NCBI GenBank assembly: GCA_040387475.1
Contig: JAZKDT010000059.1
Coordinates: 10,239-74,238, forward strand
Direction: 5' to 3'
DNA length: 64,000 bases
DNA from: Bacteroidota bacterium
Lineage (GTDB): Bacteria; Bacteroidota; Bacteroidia; B-17B0; Aurantibacillaceae
In this document: positions 49,497 through 57,781 of the stretch, piece by piece
How positions within the stretch are numbered: position 1 is the first letter of the stretch
Layout: every line of letters begins with the position of its first letter
The notes under the pieces: model-generated
The model's input: only the letters and a program-made list of their open reading frames with translations
Told to the model about the DNA's origin: nothing
Database searches by the model: none
Made by a program: the position numbers and the translations under genes

Positions 49497-50912
49497 TTAC
49501 GACATTTTTTGAACAGGCTTTAACCATTCTTTTAATTTACGTTCGATCGGAAAATAATAAACTTTGTTTTCGATACGCCATTTGGCAAATTCCTGAAAAA
49601 GAAATTTAGCAGGTGTTCGATCATTATAAGCCATGTTTTGATAAAACTTAAAATTCTCGATCTCACGGATTTTTTCTTCACTGATCCATTCACTTTTTTT
49701 GGTGCCTACATAATCAAAGTTACTCCATTCTTCAAGTGTTGAATTAAACTGATACCCTTTAGCCAGCAACTCATCTGCAATTTTATTTCCAGGGTAAGGC
49801 TTATAGTAAAAAATGCTCATGTTAAATCTGCTACTCATCTTTCGAAGTTCTTTTACCATACGCAAAGTTTCTGAAATGCTTTCATCTGTTTCTCCCGGAA
49901 AGCCAACGATGATACTGAAATTAATCGCGATATCATATTTTATACACTGTTTCGCTGCTTCATAAATATGTTCCAGCTTAATATCTTTCTGCATCCAGTC
50001 CAACATCTCCTGGGTACCTGCTTCCATGCCTATCATTACCCGTTCAAGTCCGGATTCCTTGCATAATTTCCAAACCTCATCATCCAACCGAACTCCCTGA
50101 TCAGCCCGCATGGTGCCAAACCAGCTCACCGGTAGTTTACGCTTAATGAACTCCTCTGCGACAGCCTTTACACGTTTACTGTTCGTAAAAAATGTTTCGT
50201 CCTGTAAATGGATATGCTCGAATTTATATTTTTGCCATAGCGATTCAATCTCCTCGCCTATTCTTTCAGGGCTATAGCCATACCAACCGCGTTTATACAT
50301 AAATGGATCGGCACAAAAGGAACAACGGAACCGGCAACCCTGTGATGAGATATAATCCAATTGTTTTCTGCCGCTTAAATTCATGTAACTGTTAACGTCG
50401 ATCAAATCATAATTAAAAGGTGCAAAATTATTAATATCTTCCATCACCCGCTCGCCGTTCTCAGCATAAGCACCGTTTACTTTATAACAAATGCCTTTTA
50501 CTCCCTCTAATGACGTCTTTGCAACAATTCGCTCGAGCAGTTCTTTAAACGTATTCTCTCCCTGACCTTTTACCACCACATCCACGCTTGACTCATCGAG
50601 TGTTTGTTTTGGGAATAATGAAGCATGCCAGCCACCCCAAACTACAGGCATGTTAGGGAATTTTTCTTTTACCGCCCTTGAGACTTTAACTGCATCTTTT
50701 ATCGGACTTCCGGTTAAAACAGTAGTTGCAAAACACACACCATTATTCTGAAGAGCTTTATTAATTTTGATCATGGGATCAGATTCCAACCTACCATCTA
50801 CGATCACTACATTGTATTTATCAGCATCCAAAACCGAACCAATAGCCAATAAAGCTAATGGCATAGTGTAAAAAACAGCTTCGGGATTATATAGTACAAC
50901 AGTATATTTCAC
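49497..50912 (-). CDS. B12-binding-domain radical SAM protein (class B), subfamily 1; first gene of the operon
   Basis: The start appears to be GTG. VVLYNPEA...VIVDGRLESDP and SSQGCRFRCSFCA. It is a paralog of 46081-47577. Confidence 0.8.
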   Translation of the reverse strand: MKYTVVLYNPEAVFYTMPLALLAIGSVLDADKYNVVIVDGRLESDPMIKINKALQNNGVCFATTVLTGSPIKDAVKVSRAVKEKFPNMPVVWGGWHASLFPKQTLDESSVDVVVKGQGENTFKELLERIVAKTSLEGVKGICYKVNGAYAENGERVMEDINNFAPFNYDLIDVNSYMNLSGRKQLDYISSQGCRFRCSFCADPFMYKRGWYGYSPERIGEEIESLWQKYKFEHIHLQDETFFTNSKRVKAVAEEFIKRKLPVSWFGTMRADQGVRLDDEVWKLCKESGLERVMIGMEAGTQEMLDWMQKDIKLEHIYEAAKQCIKYDIAINFSIIVGFPGETDESISETLRMVKELRKMSSRFNMSIFYYKPYPGNKIADELLAKGYQFNSTLEEWSNFDYVGTKKSEWISEEKIREIENFKFYQNMAYNDRTPAKFLFQEFAKWRIENKVYYFPIERKLKEWLKPVQKMS

Positions 50913-51004
50913 TGGAAGAATAAATTGTGTACTAAAGTTAATTAAAATTATTACACTAAATGTGCGTTGGTTGATTAATTCCCGTAATTTTAATTCAGAA
51001 ACAA

Positions 51005-52081
51005 ATGTGTAAAACGATATTATATATTCATTTCCATCCTTCGCATTATAGCGACAAATTGGATTTTATAAAAGAGCAGTTATCTTCCTTATCTTATAAA
51101 ACCGAATTAGGAAAAACGTGTGCCGTACATTATTTGTTAAATAATAACCTGGAGTTCAATGAACAGTATGAATCTATTCAATTAATTTCTAGGAAATTAA
51201 GCCGGTGGGCCTTTTTAATATTAGCTGTTCAGTATATTAAAACCAATAAGTGCAAATATGTTATTATTCATGGTCTGGACTACTTTTTAGAGGCGGTTTT
51301 TATAAAATGGTTTTCGGGATCTAAAGTAATCATACAACATCATGCCGAGAAAACCTATTTAAGAAAAAAAGCCCGGTTAATGCCATGGGCAGATAAGTGG
51401 ATCGACGCTTATTTTTTCAATGGTAAAAACGTAGCACTCCCTTTTATTCAAAAAAAATGCATTGCTTCTATTAGCAAAGTTTATGAGGTAGTGGAAGGCA
51501 GTTCAAACTTTAAGCTTCAATCAGCTAAAAAAACCGGATCTTTTAAGCAGTTGGTTTTTATAGGACGTTTAAATCCAAATAAAAATCTGATGACTTTATT
51601 AAAAGCCATTCTTATTTTAAAAACAATGCGTTCCGATTTTCATTTATCCGTTTACTATACCAGCACCGAATTAGAAAAGGAACTTAAAATATACTGCAAG
51701 CAAAATGGCATTACAGATACTATTACATTTAAAGGTTCTGTTCCTAAAAGCGAAATAGAAAGTGCTTTAAACCGATCTGACATTTTTGTTTCCTGCAGTT
51801 TGTATGAAGGAAGCGGGTATTCGTTGATAGAAGCGTTAGCGTGCGGTACTTTCCCTGTGGTATCACACATTCCTGCTTTTGATTTTATACTGGAAAATCT
51901 GATTGATAAAGAACAATTTGAACCTATAAGTGAAACAGAATTGGCGCATAAACTAAATAAAGCGCTAAATGGATCATTCACAAATCAGAGAAAAGAAACA
52001 ATTCGAAAACATTTTGATAATAAATGCAGCGACCAGGCAATTGTTTTACAAATAGAAAATGCTTTAACGCAATTAGTTTAG
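51005..52081 (+). CDS. Family 4 (GT-B, Glycos_transf_1) glycosyltransferase
   Basis: FIGRLNPNKN and the EX7E region YEGSGYSLIEALACGTFPVVS. It is divergent from the rSAM operon across a 92-nt spacer. Confidence 0.75.
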   Translation: MCKTILYIHFHPSHYSDKLDFIKEQLSSLSYKTELGKTCAVHYLLNNNLEFNEQYESIQLISRKLSRWAFLILAVQYIKTNKCKYVIIHGLDYFLEAVFIKWFSGSKVIIQHHAEKTYLRKKARLMPWADKWIDAYFFNGKNVALPFIQKKCIASISKVYEVVEGSSNFKLQSAKKTGSFKQLVFIGRLNPNKNLMTLLKAILILKTMRSDFHLSVYYTSTELEKELKIYCKQNGITDTITFKGSVPKSEIESALNRSDIFVSCSLYEGSGYSLIEALACGTFPVVSHIPAFDFILENLIDKEQFEPISETELAHKLNKALNGSFTNQRKETIRKHFDNKCSDQAIVLQIENALTQLV

Positions 52082-53131
52082 CAAAAGTGCCATAATCTTT
52101 TTTGCCGAATCACCCATTGTGTTAAACGTTACGCGCTCCGTTTCTTCTTTTTCAGACAACAGATCAAGAATGAAACTTACAAGACTGGCTTTATCTGTGT
52201 TTATGTGCAAGTTTTTAACAGGATCATTGCCTAATTTCTGTGTAGAAACAACTTTACATCCGCTAAATAAAGCTTCCATCAAAACTGTCGAATTTCCTTC
52301 GTAATGAGAGGTGTGCAAAAATAACCTTGATTGATTCATTAGACCCAATGTTTCTTTATGGCTTTTTGCTCCCAGCAACTCGATATTATGTTGTAAGTTA
52401 TGTTGTGAGATCAAATTGCTTAAGAGTTTTTTTTCTTCGCCCTCTCCTGCAATTTTGACATTCAATAAGGGATGTTTTTTTACAACTTCTATAATGACAC
52501 CAATAAATAAGCTATAATTTTTAAGAGGACTTAAGTAGCCTGCACCAAAAATATCAATGGCTCTATGCGCTGTATTTAAAGGTTCGAAAAGTTTAGGATT
52601 AATGCCATTGGTAACAACATGTTGCGGATCTATGAGATGATTTTTTTTAAATTCATCTTTTAGAAAATCGCTCATCGCCATTAACTGTTCAGGCTTGGGC
52701 CGTATTTTTTTAATAAAGCCATTGGTTGTTTTAGCATCCTGTCCAATAATCCAGATCATATGTTTGAGATTATTTTCCAATGCAAATTTATTGGCTACCA
52801 ATGCTGTATCTATACACCATAAACTAATTAAACCTTTAATACTACAAGTTTCTTTAAGCTCATTCAGTTTTTGAGAAGCAAGGCGTTTTGTATTTAGTCC
52901 AAAAATATGTTTTTTGTTTTTGCCACCTATGGCATGTACATCAATTCCATTCCAGCTGTATAAACCCTTTTTGAATGGGTATTGAAGCGTAATAAAAACG
53001 AATTTAAAATCAGAAAAATTATGTTTAAGCGCTAATGCAAATTGCTGAAAAGCCGGCAGACACGTTGTATCATTTTCGTTTTCCGGAAAACCAGGAGTAA
53101 CAATAACAATACAGGCTAATTTATTTGGCAT
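52073..53131 (-). CDS. Family 4 (GT-B) glycosyltransferase
   Basis: HYEGNSTVLMEALFSGCKVVST (EX7E). Its start overlaps the stop of the upstream amidohydrolase (TAATG). Confidence 0.75.
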   Translation of the reverse strand: MPNKLACIVIVTPGFPENENDTTCLPAFQQFALALKHNFSDFKFVFITLQYPFKKGLYSWNGIDVHAIGGKNKKHIFGLNTKRLASQKLNELKETCSIKGLISLWCIDTALVANKFALENNLKHMIWIIGQDAKTTNGFIKKIRPKPEQLMAMSDFLKDEFKKNHLIDPQHVVTNGINPKLFEPLNTAHRAIDIFGAGYLSPLKNYSLFIGVIIEVVKKHPLLNVKIAGEGEEKKLLSNLISQHNLQHNIELLGAKSHKETLGLMNQSRLFLHTSHYEGNSTVLMEALFSGCKVVSTQKLGNDPVKNLHINTDKASLVSFILDLLSEKEETERVTFNTMGDSAKKIMALLLN

Positions 53132-54396
53132 TAAGATAAATACAAATTTTTATTCACTACCCCGATTACTTCTCCTTTGAGTTCTTTTCCAATAAATCCC
53201 GAATTTTTATTTGACGACACAATATGCGATGTTTTAAACACATACTTATTGTTAGGATTAAACAGCGTAAGATTTGCTTCGGCATTTTCTTTAATAATCA
53301 CAGGCGATAAACCCAAAATATGACGTGGATTTTTGGTTAGTGTCTCTATAATAGTTTCGAGTGATAATTTAGAACTTAATGCAGCGTTTAAAACGCCGAA
53401 ACAACTTTCCAAACCAACCATACCGTTATCAGCTAAATCAAATTCGAGGTCTTTGCTTTCAATATCCTGCGGACTGTGATCACTAACGATCACGTCAATG
53501 GTTCCATCGGCAACGCCTTTTTTTAAAGCATCTATATCGTCTTTTGTTCTTAGCGGAGGATTTACTTTAAAATTCGTATTAAAACCTTCGAGCTCCGAAT
53601 CTTCCAGAAGCAAATTATAGGCTGCTACGCCGCAGGTGATATTTAATTTTTTTGCTTTTGCCTTTTTAATCAACTCTACACTTCCTCTTGTACTGATAGT
53701 TGGCACGTGCATTTTTCCGCCTGTATATTCAAGGATCTGGATATTACGCTGTAGCATTAATTCTTCGGCTAATGCCGGAATTCCTTTCAATCCAAGTTTT
53801 GTAGAAGTAATACCTTCGTTAACCAACCCGTCGTGTGAGATCGTTTTATCATCACAGTGTGTCATAATAAAACTGTTAATGTTTTCGGAGTATTGCAGCG
53901 CTCTTAAAATTAAACCGGCATCCTTAGTTGTTTTTTTATAGTCGCTAAAAGCTACAGCGCCCGATAATTTCATGTCGTACATTTCCGACAGATCTTTTCC
54001 TTCCTGGTTATGACTTAATGTTCCAACAGGTAATACATCAACCAAATTACCTTTGGCTCTATTCACAACGTATTCTATCTGGCCTTTATTGTGTAAGGGT
54101 GGATTTGTTCCACTCATTAAGCATACACTTGTAAATCCACCTTTAGCAGCGCTCTTCAATCCATTATCCAACGTTTCTTTATATTCATAACCCGGATCGC
54201 AAAAATTCACCTGCATATCCAACCACCCTGCAGATAAGTGTAATCCATCGCCTTCAATGGTCTTAACGCCTTTTTCGGAAGCAATCGATTTTTTGATCTG
54301 AGTAATAACACCCTTCTCAATTAAAATATCTACTGTTTTCCCATTGTGTGGACTGGCTGAATCTACAACGGTTGCTTGTTTGATTAATAAATTCAT
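53131..54396 (-). CDS. Dihydroorotase-like amidohydrolase lacking the HxH metal-binding motif
   Basis: It is collinear with class I DHOase (LIKQATVVD...GWLDMQVNFCDPGYEYKE...VSDHSPQ). The position of HVHxRxPG reads QVNFCDPG. Confidence 0.7.
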   Translation of the reverse strand: MNLLIKQATVVDSASPHNGKTVDILIEKGVITQIKKSIASEKGVKTIEGDGLHLSAGWLDMQVNFCDPGYEYKETLDNGLKSAAKGGFTSVCLMSGTNPPLHNKGQIEYVVNRAKGNLVDVLPVGTLSHNQEGKDLSEMYDMKLSGAVAFSDYKKTTKDAGLILRALQYSENINSFIMTHCDDKTISHDGLVNEGITSTKLGLKGIPALAEELMLQRNIQILEYTGGKMHVPTISTRGSVELIKKAKAKKLNITCGVAAYNLLLEDSELEGFNTNFKVNPPLRTKDDIDALKKGVADGTIDVIVSDHSPQDIESKDLEFDLADNGMVGLESCFGVLNAALSSKLSLETIIETLTKNPRHILGLSPVIIKENAEANLTLFNPNNKYVFKTSHIVSSNKNSGFIGKELKGEVIGVVNKNLYLS

Positions 54397-54513
54397 ACGC
54401 TTCTATTTTTTAACCGCCGAGTTTGCAAAGTTATTTAGCAAAGCTCGCGGAGTATTTATTATATAATTTTCCTTTTTTATTTTTGCTTTAATCTCCACGC
54501 ATCTAAGGTTAAT

Positions 54514-56562
54514 TTATTTTATTAACCTTATTATTAAGATCTCTGCTGCTAAAAATAACAAGGCTAAAATTAAAAACAATTTCCATAGTTTTTTGCCATC
54601 GTTCACTTCTTGCAGAGCATTTGTTAATGTTTTTTCGTCCGGCGTTATAATACCCATATTCTTTAAACCTTTTTCATCAATTTGTTTTTGAAGATCTTCG
54701 TTAGTCATAAAATTCATGTCAGACTCTTTTCGGTCAAAGTTAAATGCCAGATCCTTTATTTGCTGGCCATTTTCAAATACACCGTACTGGCCTGCTTCAG
54801 TGATTTGGTTCTGTGTAAATAAAGTTGTTCTGTTATTTTGCAAACGGTGTTCAGGTATCACATCTGAAGTTTTATCATCTTTTAATATGTGTAAGGGCTT
54901 ATCTGAAAAGTTAGTAGTGCTGCTTAAAACAATGGCTTCATTAATGGCGGTTTTGTAGTAAATAGAGGAAGGCTTTAAACTCAAAATAGACATTTTGATT
55001 AGCGTAGGAACAAACAAAGCATGCTTTAACAAATTTGAAGCCGTTTCATCCGACGCTATGGAAAACAAATATACTTTGCCGTTGGCAGTTGAATTTAACG
55101 ACAACAAAAATTGTCCGTTTTGTAACAAGACTATATTTTGAGTATTGCTGTTGGTTGTTCTCGTAAACTCAAAATGTTCGAACACTTTAGGCAGATCCAT
55201 GCGTTGGTCCAGCTTATCAAATACACCTTCGTATAAGCCCTGTTCAAAATTAATACTTTGTGTTTTTGTATTTAATGTATCTGATTTTATTATTTGGGGC
55301 AACTGCAATGTCTGAAAAGCCGCATTGTATGAAGTCAGATCCGCTTTTTTATTTGGAAAAATAACTAGGCTTCCGCCATTACTCACAAACTTCAGCAACT
55401 CAGAAGTTAAGCCTGATGTCAGGCTACTTAACTCATTTAAGATGATAATATTTGTATTTGTAAACAGACTGTAGTCAATAGAAGCCTCATTATTTTCTTT
55501 ATACACGAACAAACTATCATTCTGCATCAACGACCGAAAATTTCCTGATGTTTTTGTATCTTTCCCATTAACCACCAAAGCACTAATTGTAGTTTGCGCG
55601 TTAAAGCTAAAATAAAAATTATCGTCGTACGTGATGGGATAATCTTCTATTTTTAAAACGCCTTTGTTAACGCCTTTAATTTTTACTGTAAAAGAGATAC
55701 CTACATCTTTTTTATTGCCCGCACTCACGTTGAATGATGCCAGCGACACCTGGGCATCGTTGATGTATAATTTCAGGCTACCATTCTCAATATCTTTATT
55801 GCTTTTATTGATCACGATGGCATGAATAACCTGTTGGGTTTCGTATTGCTGAACTGGTGTTTCAAACCAAACACTGTCAATATAAACGTTGTTAACTTCT
55901 GAGGAAACAATCGGAATGCAACTGATGACAATACTCGTGTCAATATCTGTTTTGGAAATATCAGAGGTGTTTTTTTGAAAATCGCTCAGCAAAAAAATGC
56001 GTTTGTTTTTAGATGAAGAATTTTGCAGAAAATCCTGCTGACGTTTAATCACATTATTAATATTTTTTGTTGCTGAAGATATTTTCACATCATTAAGCTG
56101 CTCAATAAACTCCTCTTTAGACACAAAACGCTGGTGCCTTCCTTCAAAGTCATTGGTAAGCAATTGAAATTTATCACTGGCATTAAACGTATTGGCAATT
56201 TCGGTGGCGTGTTGCTTCGCATTTTCGAGCAGCGTTCCTTTTTTATTAGTACTTTCCATACTGAAAGAATTGTCGATGTAAATACTAACTGTTTTTTCAC
56301 CCTGAACGGCTTTTGTTTTTCCCGGAATAAAAGGTTGCGCAAAAGCAAACACCAAACAAGCAATTGCTAAAATACGCATGGCTAAGATCAACCATTCTTT
56401 TAATTTGGATTTGCTGTCGCTTTCCTGCTTTAGTTCTTTCAGAAACTGAACATTGGTGAAATAGATTTTTTTATATTTTCTGAAATTGAAAAGATGAATG
56501 ATAATAGGAATGGCGATTGCTGCTAAACCAATTAGAAATGTAGGAAACAAAAAATTCATCAA
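54514..56562 (-). CDS. BatA-domain (N-terminal double-TM aerotolerance-regulator-like) membrane protein
   Basis: N-terminus FLFPTFLIGLAAIAIPIIIHLFNFRKYKKIYFTNVQFLKEL, a second TM helix, a large extracytoplasmic region and a C-terminal TM anchor. Confidence 0.7.
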   Translation of the reverse strand: MMNFLFPTFLIGLAAIAIPIIIHLFNFRKYKKIYFTNVQFLKELKQESDSKSKLKEWLILAMRILAIACLVFAFAQPFIPGKTKAVQGEKTVSIYIDNSFSMESTNKKGTLLENAKQHATEIANTFNASDKFQLLTNDFEGRHQRFVSKEEFIEQLNDVKISSATKNINNVIKRQQDFLQNSSSKNKRIFLLSDFQKNTSDISKTDIDTSIVISCIPIVSSEVNNVYIDSVWFETPVQQYETQQVIHAIVINKSNKDIENGSLKLYINDAQVSLASFNVSAGNKKDVGISFTVKIKGVNKGVLKIEDYPITYDDNFYFSFNAQTTISALVVNGKDTKTSGNFRSLMQNDSLFVYKENNEASIDYSLFTNTNIIILNELSSLTSGLTSELLKFVSNGGSLVIFPNKKADLTSYNAAFQTLQLPQIIKSDTLNTKTQSINFEQGLYEGVFDKLDQRMDLPKVFEHFEFTRTTNSNTQNIVLLQNGQFLLSLNSTANGKVYLFSIASDETASNLLKHALFVPTLIKMSILSLKPSSIYYKTAINEAIVLSSTTNFSDKPLHILKDDKTSDVIPEHRLQNNRTTLFTQNQITEAGQYGVFENGQQIKDLAFNFDRKESDMNFMTNEDLQKQIDEKGLKNMGIITPDEKTLTNALQEVNDGKKLWKLFLILALLFLAAEILIIRLIK

Positions 56563-56655
56563 CTGTAAAAATACATTTTTTTACTCAAAATTATAGCTAT
56601 TTCAATAAGTCAAACTTTTTTAGACTATCATATACTCACATTTATCCTTAAATTT

Positions 56656-57723
56656 ATGAGAAATATAAACATCATGAAAAAAATATACTTCGTTTTTTTG
56701 CTGACTATCACTTCTTTATCTAATGTGTTTAGTCAACTTACTTTTACAGTTGCTCCCAGTATGGCAGACCTTACAAACTATTTTCAGGGAATAGGACTTA
56801 CGATTTCAAATATGACCGTAACAGGTTCACCTAATGCCTATGGGTTTTATTCGGGCACATCCAATATGGCTTTTGGCAGCGGCATTATTATGAGCACCGG
56901 TGTTGTTAGTGGACTAATTAGCAATCCCGCTGGAGCATTTGCCAGTACAGATAATATGGCTTTGGGTAATATGTATGCAAATAACCTATCTGGTTCAACT
57001 TCCTATGATGCTTGTATGATAGAGTTTGACTGCATACCTGTAAATGCTAATTTATTGTTTGATTTTTCATTTGGTTCTGAAGAATATAATGAATTTGTTG
57101 GATCTAATTTCAATGATGTTTTTGGAATTCTTGTTTCTGGACCTAATCCTTTGGGTGGCAATTACAACAATAACAATTTCGCACGTGTTCCGGGAACAAC
57201 TATTCCTATGGTTTCTGTAAATAACATTAATAACGGCTCATCGGGCACTGGTCCTTGTATGAATTGCGCATACTATATTGATAATACAAACGGTACTGAT
57301 GTAGCTTTTGATGGATTTACGACAGGTTTACAAGGATTGGTTCCGGTATTACCAGGGCAAAGTTACCATTTTAGGATTGTTATTGCAGACGTAGATGATG
57401 GGATTTATGACTCAGCTATTATGTTCTTAACTAATTCATTTAAGTCTGTTCCAAACACGCCAACCGCTATTTTAGAAACTGAAAAAGAAAATAGTTTATC
57501 GGTTTATCCTAATCCAACTTCAGGGGCTGTTGTTCATGTCAATATAGAAAATGATGTCATTAATTCTCTTGAGTTATTTTCTTACGAAGGAAAACGCGTT
57601 GAGCATACTCAATTTGATAAACATACACACACAATCCAATTAAACAATACAGCAAAAGGCATTTACTTTCTGCATATTACTTCCAACAAGGGGAAAGTCG
57701 TTAAAAAGCTAGTGGTTAATTAA
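56656..57723 (+). CDS. Choice-of-anchor L domain protein with a T9SS type A CTD
   Basis: DACMIEFDCIPVNANLLFDFSFGSEEYNEFVGSNFNDVFGILVSG...IADVDDGIYDSAI. C-terminus LSVYPNPTSGAVVHVNI...KGIYFLHI...KKLVVN. The true start may be the ATG at 56674. Confidence 0.75.
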   Translation: MRNINIMKKIYFVFLLTITSLSNVFSQLTFTVAPSMADLTNYFQGIGLTISNMTVTGSPNAYGFYSGTSNMAFGSGIIMSTGVVSGLISNPAGAFASTDNMALGNMYANNLSGSTSYDACMIEFDCIPVNANLLFDFSFGSEEYNEFVGSNFNDVFGILVSGPNPLGGNYNNNNFARVPGTTIPMVSVNNINNGSSGTGPCMNCAYYIDNTNGTDVAFDGFTTGLQGLVPVLPGQSYHFRIVIADVDDGIYDSAIMFLTNSFKSVPNTPTAILETEKENSLSVYPNPTSGAVVHVNIENDVINSLELFSYEGKRVEHTQFDKHTHTIQLNNTAKGIYFLHITSNKGKVVKKLVVN

Positions 57724-57740
57724 AATTTTGCCATTATTTA

Positions 57741-57770
57741 AAAAGCCTAACTATATTCAGGCTTTTTTAC
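57741..57770 (+). terminator. Rho-independent terminator
   Basis: AAAAGCCT-aactatattc-AGGCTTTTTT lies directly after the stop at 57723. It argues that the next gene starts at 57782. Confidence 0.65.
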
Positions 57771-57781
57771 TATTCAATTGT

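Noticed and set aside
40816-50912. Calling the rSAM operon a RiPP cluster, or BchE/bacteriochlorophyll or hopanoid methylase genes
   Set aside because: I found no candidate precursor peptide in the inter- or intragenic spacers (all 29 nt or less inside the operon; the 92-nt and 137-nt flanks contain none). No protease or exporter is present, and no tetrapyrrole or hopanoid genes are nearby. A precursor under 60 aa encoded elsewhere cannot be excluded, so the function is left open.
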